Assembly: GCA_904063045.1 (NCBI GenBank) | Contig: CAJFCJ010000001.1 | Location: 2,542,001 to 2,606,000, forward strand | Direction of reading: 5' to 3' | Length of the DNA: 64,000 nt | From: Dimorphilus gyrociliatus | Taxonomy: Eukaryota; Animalia; Annelida | Part shown: positions 37,201 to 52,886 of the stretch, piece after piece | Position numbering within the stretch: the first letter of the stretch is position 1 | Layout: every line of letters starts with the position of its first letter | Position numbers and translations under genes: made by a program | Notes under the pieces: model-generated | Database searches by the model: none | Told to the model about the DNA's origin: nothing | What the model saw: the letters and a program-made list of their open reading frames with translations, nothing else

Positions 37201-37335
37201 GAAATTTTGGCTACTATCGAAGCGATTATAACTAGGAGGTTGTAGATTTTCTTCATTAAAAGCAGCAACCGGAACGTCGTCTGGAGAACAAAAAGAAGCA
37301 TTATTGTTTAAGTAATGGACAACCGATCGTGCCAT
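34254..37335 (-). CDS. ADAR2-like dsRNA-binding protein with four dsRBMs and no deaminase domain
   Basis: Phase-consistent splicing: SPIQQLNEIRHGLQ|YIIASQTGPIHAPIFTMQVTIDGKTYEGVGHNKKAAKMQCAQNAL; KNPASILNEIRKDLEY...VDGTVYE|GVGRNKKLAKARAAQNAL..IWNL; dsRBM3 (EGAGATKPEAKKKAL); dsRBM4 (GRGKSRKEAKNVASE); stop at 34254. No HAE/PCG deaminase motifs before the convergent ACAD gene. Confidence 0.85.
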
Positions 37336-38387
37336 TTTATATGATTAACAACAACACGTTTATAATTCTCATCGTATATCATTCATTAATAGAGTTTATG
37401 GCATACACGTGACATGCATTAGGTTACATTTATTATTTGAATCAATATCTACCGAATGGAAATGATTTCTTTAAAATTACCTATTAGTAATACTGTACAT
37501 CTCAATAAAGATACAAACCTTATATGAGAATGACAAACAGAAACTATTTCCTCATTATTATACAACTGTAATAACAATCTCAATAATAAAGCTCAGATAC
37601 TTTAATGATAAAAAACGATAATGAGCTTACTAATAATTCTAAATGTAATTTAATTATTTAAAAATTAAAATAAAATGTAATAAAAACAATTTCCTGGAAT
37701 TCATTCCATCTAACATTTGCTCCGACAATGTCATTTATTTTACAGACTCTGGGTTTCGTCTAGAGAGATAAGGAATTTTAAAAATTTGTTTTCATTACTA
37801 AGATTTTCCCTATTAGCCTAAAGCGTTCTCTATTACATCGTTATGTGTTTTAACCGCGTAATTTATAAAAGAAACTTTTAACAATATTCTAGAATAATAC
37901 ATATACTGTAAATATATGTAAAAACATATATTGATGTTATTTCTCTGCAGGAATCTAATCAGTTTCATAAATACGGAACATTTTCATCTCTCGACTTCGT
38001 AAACACTACACACACACATCTGTAAAGAATCAAGTTCCTAGATTTGTATAAAAAAATTCTTTTTCAGCACAGGATTTAAAAAAACAAAACTCTCTATACA
38101 TATTTTTCCTTTGCATTCATTCCTATCGTATACTATGCATGAATTATTATATGACTTGAACTATTCGATTAATAAACGATGGATAAATCACTTTTTTATA
38201 TGTCTTACATTTAATGATCATTGATTAGTAAATCAGAATAAATCATACCTGAGGTAAATTCAACGTCCATTTTGTTCAATAGCCGGTAAGTTTGCCAACA
38301 GGCTAAATGAATCAAATAAGAACCTGAATGAACGTCTATCTTCGAATTTCGATCAAAAACAAAATGGGGATCTGAAATTTTCATTAG

Positions 38388-38399
38388 TGCGCATGCGCA
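38388..38399. promoter_or_regulatory. NRF1-type palindrome TGCGCATGCGCA, probable promoter of the dsRBM gene
   Basis: Perfect NRF1/EWG consensus in an otherwise AT-rich intergenic region upstream of the minus-strand dsRBM gene. Confidence 0.55.
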
Positions 38400-38831
38400 A
38401 TAATGTTATGCAGACGACGACGCTATCCGGACTGGATTCGACAAGAATCATAAAAACAAAATTAAATAAAAGAATACTTAAAAATTACTACAGATTAATT
38501 AAAGAAGCATAAAACAAAGACAATTAAATTTCTTCTTAATAAACAAAAATATTCCTTTAACTTTTATTATAAAAAAGAACGTCTTGAGAAATAGATCTGA
38601 ATAAAAAGAAACTTTTTTATTCTCTTCTTATCAGTTTCTGAATAAAATCACCAAAAAAAACTTAAAATAGTAATAATTATAAAAAATATAGTCAGTTAAA
38701 AATGGTCATTGTTCTTTTTTTAATATTCCACAATATTTACACTGTACTGGTTAAAGATGTTTTCTTAAAACATTCTCTAAATTACCGGGAAAACCAATTG
38801 GATAACTCAGGTGAACCTCCAATATTATCAA

Positions 38832-39610
38832 TCAGAAATCTTCGGTATAAGGGTCAGATGTAGTAGTTGTTGCTGTTGTTGGGTTTCTAGCTATTTTAGG
38901 GGTTGTACTAACGGCGGGGGAACTGGTTAATCTTTTCTTCGTATTTTTTTTATTCTTATTCATTATTTCATCCAGTCTTGCAACCCTAGGCTGATTTACT
39001 CTTGGAAGGGGTGCTTTTATCTTTAGCTTTGGAGTGTCTTCTTCTTCGTCAAAGGCAAATGATGAATTCGATGTGGATGACGCCGGGGTTTTAGCAACAG
39101 TTCTATCACAAGATAAAAACATATTAAATCCTATCATTAACTAAGAGTATTCAAGGGTATGGGGTGGGAGAATAAAAAGGAAAAATTCACGTTTCGTTTC
39201 AGTTCTCAATTGCGAATAAAACCGTGAAAATTCGGTAGAAAATTATATTATTTATTTATTTAAAATCACTTACTTTCCATTTTCTTGTTTAATACCAATA
39301 TTTTGATCAGAACTTAATTTTGTGGCAGAATTCAGTTGGCTTTTCGATTCCTCTTCTTTAACATTTTTTAATTTTTCTTTTACGTTTTTTCGAAATTCTT
39401 CTAAAGCCGAAAAATCATTTTTCATCGATGGTTCAAACTCAAACCCAGCATTCTGCTCCCAAAAATCACAATACCAATCTAAAAGCTCTAAACGACGATC
39501 TGAATTTGGCTTATTTAAAATAGACTGATCTGCATCGACAGATTCTGCAATTCGAATAGATAAAATGAAGATTTTAACATACTTAGATTATTTATACCTT
39601 TATTTTCCAT
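38832..39610 (-). CDS. Small 3-exon protein of unknown function (about 190 aa)
   Basis: MENK|ESVDADQSILNKPNSDRRLELLDWYCDFWEQNAGFEFEPSMK...QENGK|TVAKTPASS...PYTEDF*; both introns are GT-AG and phase-consistent. Confidence 0.65.
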
Positions 39611-40319
39611 TAATGAGATCATTCGAAAAAATTAAAAATAGTTCGATAGCTTTTTTATTCAAAATTAATAATGAGTGATAATATAAAGACTCATGACCAA
39701 TAGTATTATCTTACGATTTACGGTTTCGGCCCAGATAAATGGGTCTTGTCGAACGGTGATCGATTAAATTGCAGTGTCCCTATGAACGCGCACGCGCGTT
39801 GTGAATGATTTCAACAGTTTTAGTTGAAAATTCACTACCGAATCGTGTTAAATATTAACGGAGAACTCAAGACATTTATCTATAATTTCCAAGTTTAGAA
39901 ATTAACACTTCAAAGCGAAAAAATATTTAGATTAGTACAACTCAAATAGCAAAATCTTTCCCTAATATAAATAAGGAAATACGAAAAGTCGTCTTTTGCT
40001 TATGAGAGACTAATAAAAGTAACGAAATAGCGGGTTTTTTATTATTTTAATCTAATGCCTTGATTAAATAACCTGAACCTTGTTTCTTTTTTCATTAAGT
40101 AGATAAAGTAACAAGAAATTATAAAAAAAAAACGAAAAAATAAAGTGTATTATTTATCTCAACATTTCTATATAATAATTTGGTATCTTACAATCAATAT
40201 TTTTACAATCCAAATTTAAATATTGTTTTTATAAAAAAAAAATACTTTTTTCGTCTTATACAACTTAATTATATAATTTTTTTACAAGCCTTGATTCTTG
40301 TGTAGCAGACGACAAGTTA

Positions 40320-42930
<2,611 letters not shown>

Positions 42931-43069
42931 CATTTCGTTACTGAGAGATACTTACAAATGATTGTATTCCTATTCTTCACAAGATTAAAAATATAATAGA
43001 ACGCTTAACAAAACCTTTTGTTATAAATAAAATAGATAATTTTAGACGACTTAAGATTATATAATCTTC

Positions 43070-44032
43070 CTAGTCTGGAAAACCTTTTCCGGGTTCGCAA
43101 ACTTGACGTATATTCATATTAATTCTTGAATCTTCTAAGTATTCTTTCGAATAAGCTCCTAATTCTTGATATCTTATGGAAGTTTCTTTGTTGTAAAATA
43201 CTTTTGGTACTGCATGATAAGCCTGCCTGCAATCATCTTGCGTTATCAGAATGTCTCCACTTCTGAGAAAAATTCCTATAGGCTTGATCTTTTTCGTTGT
43301 TCCACCAAGGAGGAAAATTGCAGGTTGACCAAAGCTTATAGAGATGAGAGGAGCTTTTTTATCGTACTCGGAATGATCTATATGAGCAGCAAGGGTTGAA
43401 TCTAAATGATAGTAGTTAACAATCGCTGCTTCAGCTTGATAGCTGCTTAAAAAGAATCATGAAATAAGCGATAAATTGTATTTGTTTAGAATCTTTGAAC
43501 TCTACCTAGATTTATATTCTATCGCTGAAATTATTACTTTTGTTAGATCATCCATGATTTTTGGGATGGGAGTATACGATTCTTTTATATAGACTTTTGT
43601 ATCCCAGTCGTGATGATAACCTAGAGTGGCCCATCTCAATTTTCTAAAAAGTTCAGTTTTGTAAATCATGGAGGGTACAGCATAATGGGCATCTAAATTG
43701 GTTTTATTTGGTTTTTCTGGGAAATCTTGTATGCATCGAGTGATCCATTCACTTTGTCCAATAGATGTAAAAGGATTATTTATAAATATCAGGCCTGGAA
43801 TCGATTGATTTTTCCATGCAACCCAGTTTGAGGATTGAAATCCTAAATAACTTATATTATCGCTCCCACAAAGATGAATTTTCTCCCATTCTTCAATATT
43901 ACACTCATTGTCAAAGTCTAAAACATCCTTTAAGCTAGGTTTAGGTTTTTTCATTTTATAATATTTGAAAACAGGCTTAAAGTTATCATCCCTTTCATTT
44001 GTTTCTGCTTCTTCCACGTGAGCTACAGCCAT
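43070..44032 (-). CDS. ALKBH1: AlkB homolog 1 dioxygenase
   Basis: PGLIFINNPF, KLRWATLGYHHDW, exon 2 YQAEAAIVNYYHLDSTLAAHIDHSE, LRSGDILI, AYHAVP, RINMNIRQV. Confidence 0.95.
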
Positions 44033-44263
44033 CTGTCGGACTCGATTAGATTTGCTAATAAAAGTTTATTTTAAGGTATGGAAACCTATGAAAAAACTTT
44101 TTTTTAGCAACTAAAGTTAAATTTTATATAATATTATAAACAGATAGCGAATTATTAATTTGATACTCCGTGTTTTGGTTCCGGTCTGGTCGAACCGAAA
44201 GATCATCACTAAAACAATAGCTAATTTCGAGACTTTCTTGTAAAATTAAGAAAATTTCTAATC

Positions 44264-44892
44264 ATGGAAAGACAAGGAGTAGTTCGAGATGAAAAAACAG
44301 GTATTACTCAGAAAAAAATTAGATCTATTTTATTTAAATTTATCGTTATTGGTAACATTTTCGTAAGGTACTTTACTTTCGTTTAGGAGAACTGTATATA
44401 CCGGCCACGCAAAGACCCAATGGAACTTGGAGAAAGCCAATTCGAGTAAAAGAAGGGTATATACCTCCAGACGAAATGCCAGTATACCAAAACAGGGGAG
44501 TAAGATTTAGGAAAGAGCAAGAAAGTGCTCTGCCTCCAGGCCTCCATCTCGACAAACCAAGCTCAAACGAAAATAAAACGAAAAAGCCTAAGAAGAAAAA
44601 GAAGCAGCGAGAGGAGGAACCTTCCAAACCTAGTAGTAATGAACCGAAGAAAAAATCAACCGAAGATCCCAAACCTGAAGACGGATCTGAGGCAGCAGTA
44701 CAAGTTATTTCAGATGAGAAAAAATTAAGAAATTTAAAGAAAAAGCTAAAACAAACAGAAGAATTAGAGAATAAAATAAAGAGTGGAAATTTAGAAAAAC
44801 CAGATCCTGATCAAATAAAAAAGATTGAAAGAAAAGCTGATCTATTGTTGGAAATAGAAAAATTAGAAAAACTTCTAAATTCTACACTATAA
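44264..44892 (+). CDS. PYM1: Partner of Y14 and mago
   Basis: [34 protein letters not shown] and C-terminal [17 protein letters not shown]...QIKKIERK. Confidence 0.95.
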
Positions 44893-45243
44893 CTATCTAA
44901 AATAAAGGTTTTTAAGATATTTGTATAAGATTTCAAATAAAATTTTTAATAGTTCTGTTGAATCAATTTATCAATAAATGTTTCTGCCAGTTAGTCTAAT
45001 GTATTATCAGATGTTACTTGATATGTTTAATAATGTAAATAATTAACTATATCTAATAATTTATTGAACGATAACTAAATGATACTTATTATTTATATAA
45101 TTATTTGCTATATTAATACAAGGCATTGAATTGAATTATCGCGCCATCAAATTAAAGTACATGGTGTTTTTACGCCATCTTGTGTCATTTGACGAAATAC
45201 TTCTTAACCAGTTTATTTAAGTATCGGTCTCACAACTTTTACC

Positions 45244-47606
45244 ATGACTTTATCGCTCATAAATATACCTTCAGCGGACGATTATTCAGCCCGAGAAATT
45301 AGAGAATGGGCACCAGGTAATATTAATTACTCAATATACATCTCTTTGAATCGTTAGTTCTTCTTAGGAACCACCGAAGTTGTAGTAGAACCTGTGGGAA
45401 AATGGTTTGAAACATATAACAACAGGCGTGCGAAATCTTCGCTATCTTTTGCTTCTGTAAAATCAACTACTTCTGAAGAAGAAGATAATGAAGAGGATAT
45501 AGAACTTTGTCCAGAGGATGACGATTATGTATTCAACAGAGATCCTGCCGAATGGAAGAAACAAGATCATTATAAAATATTAGGCCTAAGCAGACTGCGA
45601 TACAAGGCAACCGACAAGCATATTAAGTTAGCTTGTAAGTAGGCCTATTTGCACTTCAATACAAAATAGTAACCCAAAATACATTCCAGACAAGAAAAAA
45701 GTATTGCAACATCATCCGGATAAGCGGAAGGCTAGAGGAATACCAACAGAAAAAGCTGATGCAGATTTTAGTTGTATAACTAAAGGTTTGTTAATTATAT
45801 TCATTTTATTTTATATTTCTCCTCATACTTTGTTCTGTCAAACAGCGTATGAGATTCTAGGAAATCCAATTAAAAGAAGATCTTACGATAGTGTCGATCC
45901 AGCTTTCGACGATAGTGTACCCAATAGTAAAACAGTCACAAAAGAAACCTTTTATGAAACATACAGTCCTGTATTTGAGAGAAATGCAAGGTATATCGAT
46001 CTAAACATCCCTTATTCCCAATTCATTCGTTTGGATTTTAGGTGGTCTATTCGCAAAAAGGTGCCTTTAATTGGAGATGATAGCACACCTTACGAAGATG
46101 TTTGTGAATTTTATAACTTTTGGTTTGAGTTCAATTCTTGGAGAGAATTTTCGTATTTAGACGAGGAAGATGTCGATAAAGGAGAAAAGTAAGATTATCA
46201 AGCTTTTGTCAGCTATATCTATTAAATATTTCAACAAAATAGTCGAGATGAAAGGAGGTGGATAGAGAAGCAAAACAAGTCCGCTAGAAAGGAGAAAAGA
46301 AAAGAGGAGATGATGAGAATAAGATCACTTGTAGAAAGTGCGTACAACTTAGATCCTAGGGTTTTAAAACAGAAGGAAGAAGAAAAACAAAAGAAACTGG
46401 CTATAAAACAAGCTCGAAAGGAAGAGGTTAGAAAGCGCATAGAGGAAGAAAATAGGGTAAATAGTCTAAAATGTTGTAATGAACTAATAATTTAATAATA
46501 TCATTTAATGTGTAGAAAAAAAGGGAAGAAGAAGAACGGTTAGCCAAAATTAAAGAGGAAGAGGAGAAAAAAGTAAAAGCTGAAGAAGATAGATTGAAAA
46601 AAGAACGTGAAGCTATTCGTAACAAAACTAAGAAAGAAAGAAAAGCTCTTAGAAATATGGCAAAGGTAGGATTTCTGTTTTAAAAAAATTATAAATTGTG
46701 ATTATTGCTTTTTCACTTAGAATTTTGATTATTTCACTACGGAAGAATCACAAAGAGTTCACAATATGGCCGAAGTTGACAAATTAGCCGAATTGTTAGA
46801 ATTAACAAAATTACAAGAATTAAATACCGCTCTTTCATCCAAAAAAGAAAAAGATTTAGCCGCTGCTGAATTCTTCAAGTTTTCGAAAGAATTAAATGCA
46901 CGTCTAGACGAGGAAAAACGAAAACAAATTGAAGACTCTCAAAAGTCAGCTGACTACAGTTCTGAGTCTAAATCTAATCGAAACTGGTCTCCAGAAGATT
47001 GTACAGCATTGGTAAAGGCTGTGAATCTATTTCCAGCAGGCACAAATAAAAGGTAAGGTTTTTTTTTTGCTCAAATATAGACACCGAATATAAATTTAGT
47101 ACTTCTTAAAAAATAGGTGGGAAGTCGTTGCCCAATATGTTAATGAACATGGAAAAGGAAAGTTTAATGCAAAAGAAGTATTGGCTAAAGCCAAATCCAT
47201 GCAAAAACTAGGTAAGGGTAATTTTTATTAATATATATGTAGTATACGTTAATTTTTGTTTCTTGAAGATCCTAACCAAAAGAAAGAAGTCAACGCTAGA
47301 GCTTACGAAAATTTCGATAAAACTGTTAAAGATGTTAATTCAAAGCCTGGTGGTGGTATCAGTCAGAGATACGAAACTGTTGCAGAGCAACAAATTGCCG
47401 AAAGGGGTACAAATCCCTCTCCATGGTCAGCTAGTGAACAGAAACTATTGGAACATGCTTTGAAAACATATCCTGCTTCTACACCAAATCGTTGGGATGC
47501 AATTGCTTCAACAATACCCAACAGAAGTAAGAAAGATTGCATACAGAGATGTAAAGAATTAGCCGAAATGGTAAGAGCTAAGAAAGCAGCAACCAGCAAA
47601 TCATAA
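45244..47606 (+). CDS. DNAJC2: DnaJ homolog subfamily C member 2 (zuotin/MPP11)
   Basis: [57 protein letters not shown], two SANT domains ([20 protein letters not shown]; [23 protein letters not shown]). Confidence 0.97.
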
Positions 47607-48006
47607 TTTCCTTGAAGAAGTTTAAATTAGGATGTTTGTTATCTCTTTTGAAGAGCTTTATATATAAATCATTTTATATGATATAAATAAATCCTTTATA
47701 ATAAATCAGTCTTTCTGTAATAAATTATTATTCACATTATTTGTCCTGAAGTGAATTGAACCTTTGCTTCCAATTAAATAGCAAAAATTTCGTCCATCTT
47801 ATTTTTATTTTGGACCTAAACACGAGCATAAATTACTTTCTTTTGGTGAATCATAATTAAAAATTGCTGTATTTTTTATAATATTCGCTGTGTTAGTTAA
47901 AATATAATGCTTATATAAAAAGTAGATCAATCAGTTTTATTAAGATTCCTTTTTTTTTGACGTTTTTTTAAAGTGTTAGTTATATCTTGCTAGCACTTTT
48001 TTAAAC

Positions 48007-50745
48007 CTATTTCGTTCTCATCATATTCTTATGACTTTCAACAAGTTGGGAAACTGATTCAGGATCGGCTAGAGTTGATATATCACCCAATTCATCTTCT
48101 TTATTGGCTGCAATTTTTCTCAGAATTCGTCTCATAATCTTCCCAGATCTTGTTTTTGGCAGTGCTGACGTAATCTTAAAAGAGTGAAAAAAGTTTTCAT
48201 AGTATCTAATAAGACAATGTAACAATTTTTAATACCAGTATAAAATCAGGGACAGCGTAAGAAGCAATTTTAGTTTTTACAACTTTCTTTAAATCATCTA
48301 TAATTTCTTCTGGGGTTTCTTTTATTGACTCCTTCAAGCTTACAAATGCGTAGATTCCTTCGCCTTTAAGTTCGTGTGGGAATCCAACAACTGCTGTCTC
48401 GCTTACATCCTTGTGTTCATCCATGGCATCTTCAATTTCGGCGGTACCCAATCTATGGCCTGAAACGTTTATAACATCATCCATTCTACCGGTTATTTGA
48501 TAATAGCCATTAGAGTGTCTGTGAGCACCATCTCCCGAAAAGTATACACCATCCGATAATCTAAAGTAAGTTTCAACAAATCTCTTTGAATCGCCATAAA
48601 TTGTTCTAGCCATCCCTGGCCAGGGAGTAGCCAAACATAAAGCACCTTCAACGTCATTTCCCGATTGTATTTTACCATCATTTCCCACGATACATGGTTG
48701 TTGTCCCAAAAATGGACGCATTGGCATACCACCTTCGATATGAGCACCAGGAGCAGATGGCCGAGGAGTTATTGATATACCTCCCGTTTCAGTTTGCCAC
48801 CATGTATCGACAACATCGCATCTCTTTTCTCCAACAACTGTATGGAACCATGACCATGCTTCGTGATTTAGGGGTTCACCAACACAGCCAAGAGTTTTTA
48901 ATGAACTTCTGTCGTACTTTGTAACGAAAGAATCATCGTATCTATAAAACGCACAAAGAATTTTAGAATACTAACAATTCTTTCCTATCCTACGTGTTCA
49001 ACTAACCTTAAAAGAAGACGTAAAGCAGTTGGTGAACCATAAAATTGATTAATTTTCAATCTCTCAACCATTTCCCAATATCTTCCAGGGTCCGGATAAG
49101 TCGGAACACTCTCAAAGATTACAGTAGTTGCTCCATTACAGAGAGGACCATATACAACGTACGAATGACCCGTAATCCAACCGATATCCGCTACACAGCC
49201 AAATATATCACCAGGTTGATAATTAAAAACAGTTTGTTGGGTGAACGAAGCATAAAGAAGATAGCCACCAATTGAATGAGCAATTCCTTTTGGCTTGCCC
49301 GTAGAACCGGAAGTATAAAGGATAAACAATAGATCTTCGCTGTCGAGGATAGCTGCCTTGTGAACCGGACTGGCCTTAGACATTTGCTAAAGAATTATAT
49401 ATATAGATATATATATATATATTAATTGAATATCTCAATTCTTATGATAATTCAAATATAAAAAAGATATTTCTAACCTCTTCTAAGCAAATATCGAGTG
49501 AACTTTTTGATACTTCGTTACCGGTTCTTTTGTAAACAAATACTCGTTTTACACAATGACTGTTCTTTACAGCTTCATCAACGGTTTTTTTTAAACTGAT
49601 AAGTTTTCCTCCTCTAACACCTTCATCAGCGGTTATAACCGTTTCAGCATTAGCTATTAAAGGGATTAGAATAAAGTAGTTGAATAAAGAAATTCGTATT
49701 ATTGTCAATTTATACCATCGACTATTCTCGAAGCTAAAGCTTCGGCGCTAAATCCAGCAAAGACCACAGAGTGTACAGCTCCTATTCTTGCGCATGCCAT
49801 CATAGCTTCAATTGCCATTGGAGAAACTGGCATGTAAATAACAACCCTATCGCCTTTCTTAATACCATGACTTTCAAGAGTATTGGCCATTTTACAAGTT
49901 TGTTCGTGTAACTCTTTATAAGTGATGTTAACTTGGGTACCGGGTTCATCTTTCTCCCAAATAAGGGCAATTCTATCTGGATTTTCTTGAGCATGTCTTT
50001 CTACGCAATTAACTGTAGATTAAAGAATAGGCGGAAAGTTAAAAGGTGTTTATTTACTAAAGAGATTTATTTATCTATCGAAAAGTAATAAGAATAATAA
50101 GAAAAGCTTCGGAGAAGTGTTTATCAACAATGTATAGACAATAGAATTTGTACTGAACTACATTCGAATGGATAAGAGATTTATTTTCAAGATAAAGAGA
50201 TTATGTTTGCTTAAATGAAATGAAACAGATTCTATTCAAAGAATGCCAATTTTTCAAACAAATGTTAACAATTTCCTTTTTAGTTTTTAGCAAATATTTA
50301 AAAATTTCTTTTATGCGAATTTTCTCATTGAATTGCCAAATATTCAATTTGCGAAAGATAAGCTTTAAAGTTTTATTAATTATATAGATGGCGCTGTATT
50401 CATTAAATAAACGCGAAAGTAAAAAGCTAATTAAGTTAAAATTAATAACTTACCAGCTGCATTTAATTGTCCGCCATCAAACCAACGTGCTTGACCTTCT
50501 GATAGGTTGCAATCGCTGACGGTTTCAAAAGGTTTTTGCCAACTTAATCTTGATTTAGCTAAAGTTCCCCAAAATTCATCTGTATTTTTCAAACTAAAGG
50601 CATATAAATCATCGTAGGATGAAATTTCTGGATGATTTTCGAATTCTGGAATGAAAGTAGAGCATATATTAGATGCTCTTCGCTGAACTGTTCTTAAAAC
50701 TCTATGTTCTTTTGCAAATTTGGTAATTATTCTTATTAAAGCCAT
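48007..50745 (-). CDS. ACSS1: Acetyl-CoA synthetase, mitochondrial type
   Basis: [120 protein letters not shown] and MPVSP are ACSS1-type as recalled. Confidence 0.9.
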
Positions 50746-50802
50746 GGGCGGGACGTAACCTTCACCTTTATTGCACCAGTGGTGACATCTGAATGTGGCC
50801 TT

Positions 50803-50833
50803 GTTACCATCGCGACAACAGAGTTGTAGCAAC
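50803..50833. promoter_or_regulatory. Possible RFX X-box-like sites upstream of CFAP77
   Basis: GTTACCATCGCGAC (2 mismatches to the X-box consensus) and GTTGTAGCAAC in the 170-bp ACSS1/CFAP77 divergent gap. Ciliary genes are typically RFX targets. Confidence 0.3.
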
Positions 50834-50914
50834 CGAGTAGATTTACAGCGGGGTTTCTTAATTCCGGTTTAAGAGTTAATATAGAGCTGCATTTTCAATA
50901 ACTCACCGTAAAAA

Positions 50915-52680
50915 ATGGCTGCAACAACTTTTGAGCATACAGCAACAGGATTATTGGGTGATAAGCGGGATACGATGTTATTCAATCAACTTCACTTGAG
51001 AGTAAGTTCTTAATTTTGACCAAACTTTCATTTCGTTCATGAAAAGTAAAATTTAGGATGAAGTGGGTAAAGCAACTCGTCACGGTTATAGTCATAACCC
51101 TCCAGAGAACTATAGATATGGTATTTGTATGAATGTTAAAGAAGGAGGAGTAAGGGACTGTAAGTATATCGATATTTATTTATATGTTAGCAATAAACAT
51201 TCTCTATTATTAATCAATATATTTCAAATATACGTTTATTGTGATCTAAGAATATGAAAAGTTATCTTTATCACTGTTTATAATTTCTTTTAGTTCAATT
51301 TTTTTGATTGTCAAATGGCTCTCTTTTCGCCATTAATATCTAAAAGATTATAGGCTGTTCAATGACCCTTCTACCACTCTGACTTTAGCATTAATCCGCT
51401 TTTGTATCATTAAAAATTTATTATGGTATTTATCCTCCTGATTATATGATTTTTCCATCAACGTATAATAATTGAATGTCTCTTTTACTAATCCTAAGGT
51501 TTCTTCTATAACTTTCTTATTTATATATATTCTATAAATAGCTGCTTAAGTATATCATCTATTTCTATAAGTTTGGTTTATATATACTGTATATATATAT
51601 ATAAATATATATATTATTTTACAGCTTTGACTTGGTCAAGCCACCTTCCAAGTTTAACAGGAAGTGGAAAGAACAAAAAATCAAGGACTAGAAGAGACTT
51701 TGAATCTTTAAACAAAGGAGCAGTTTCTGCTGGATTAGTTAGCGAGAAGGGTCAATACGCTTATAGAGCCACTCACGATGCTAGAAGACCTATTGATGAT
51801 GACGTAACTGCGAATAGAAAAGCAGGCAAACCAAAAATTCCTGATATGACTTTTGGTATGCCAGTTAGGCCTAGCACTCCCATTTATGAGGTAATGTTTT
51901 TATGCTTTAAAATAGTAATCTTTAATTTTAATATATTTAAATAGGTAATAGAACATAAATTTCAAGACCTTTGGATTAGAGATCAAATGAGTCAAACTAA
52001 AGCTAAGAAAGTTGCAGAAAGAGCAGCAGTAAGTTTGAATAACACACCTTATTTTTAACTAGAACAACTTGTTTTTAAACAATCCTTATTCCGAAATTAG
52101 TTAGGTCTATATTCAGAAGATCAGGTAAACATTTTAAATGGAAAGGATTGACGCAAAATAACGCTTGTTTTACAAATACGTATTTTAATAATTATATCTA
52201 ATCTTGGTTATTTTGTTTGTTTGTTTAAACTTCTAACATGAAAAGAATTGGAAAAGTTTTTATGAGAGAAAATAACATATGAAGACATAAACTATATATT
52301 TATTGTTTATTTTTTTTTTGTCGTTTCTTAATGCTTATCTTTCTTTAATTATATTTTATCTCTATAAATAGAAACTTAAACCTGGACAAATCAATGATAC
52401 AAGAACTTCAATGCTGAGACAACATCAAGTTGCCGTTGATCCTGCTCCATTATGGCAAATGAAGAAATTCAGCAAAAGTGCTAAACCTCATTTGAATACA
52501 TTTAGGTGTGTAATAGAAAACTCTTAGTGTATTAATTTTCAATATATTATTTCTGTTAAACATAGAAATGAAAGAGCAAAGCAAAATGCGTTTAAGCATC
52601 AAACCTACGATGGAGTACCAAGAAAAGGTTTGACTCATCAAGGTGTATACGAAACTGGAGGTGATTATATGAAAGAATAG
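50915..52680 (+). CDS. CFAP77: Cilia- and flagella-associated protein 77 (DUF4483)
   Basis: GKATRHGYSHNPPENYRYG, RDFESLNKGAVSAGLVS, MTFGMPVRPSTPIYEVIEHKFQDLW, DTRTSMLR, PLWQMKKF...HLNTFR. Confidence 0.88.
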
Positions 52681-52844
52681 AAAGAAAAGGCACTGGTATA
52701 CATAAAAAAAAGTCCTCAATGCTTTTGGCTGGAAATTTTTTTCTCACATTTTAAGATTTTTGATTAAATGTATTATAAACACGAAAATAATATAAAATTT
52801 TAGTTATTTTATATTTATATATATATATGGATATATACATATAT

Positions 52845-52850
<6 letters not shown>

Positions 52851-52884
<34 letters not shown>
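52851..52884. repeat. (TA)n microsatellite
   Basis: Pure TA run within a longer degenerate AT tract (52811-52884). Similar tracts at about 2970-3005, 3150-3166 and 3429-3451. Confidence 0.9.

Positions 52885-52886
<2 letters not shown>

Noticed and set aside
34254-37335. Calling this gene ADAR/ADARB1
   Set aside because: No deaminase (HAE, PCG) sequence exists before the convergent ACAD 3' end, so no gene symbol was assigned.
39715-39790. Short hairpin-like GC-richer segment (cccagataaatggg) as an ncRNA
   Set aside because: No tRNA, snRNA or snoRNA signature. It is more simply promoter/5' UTR sequence of the XYLB/unknown-gene divergent pair.
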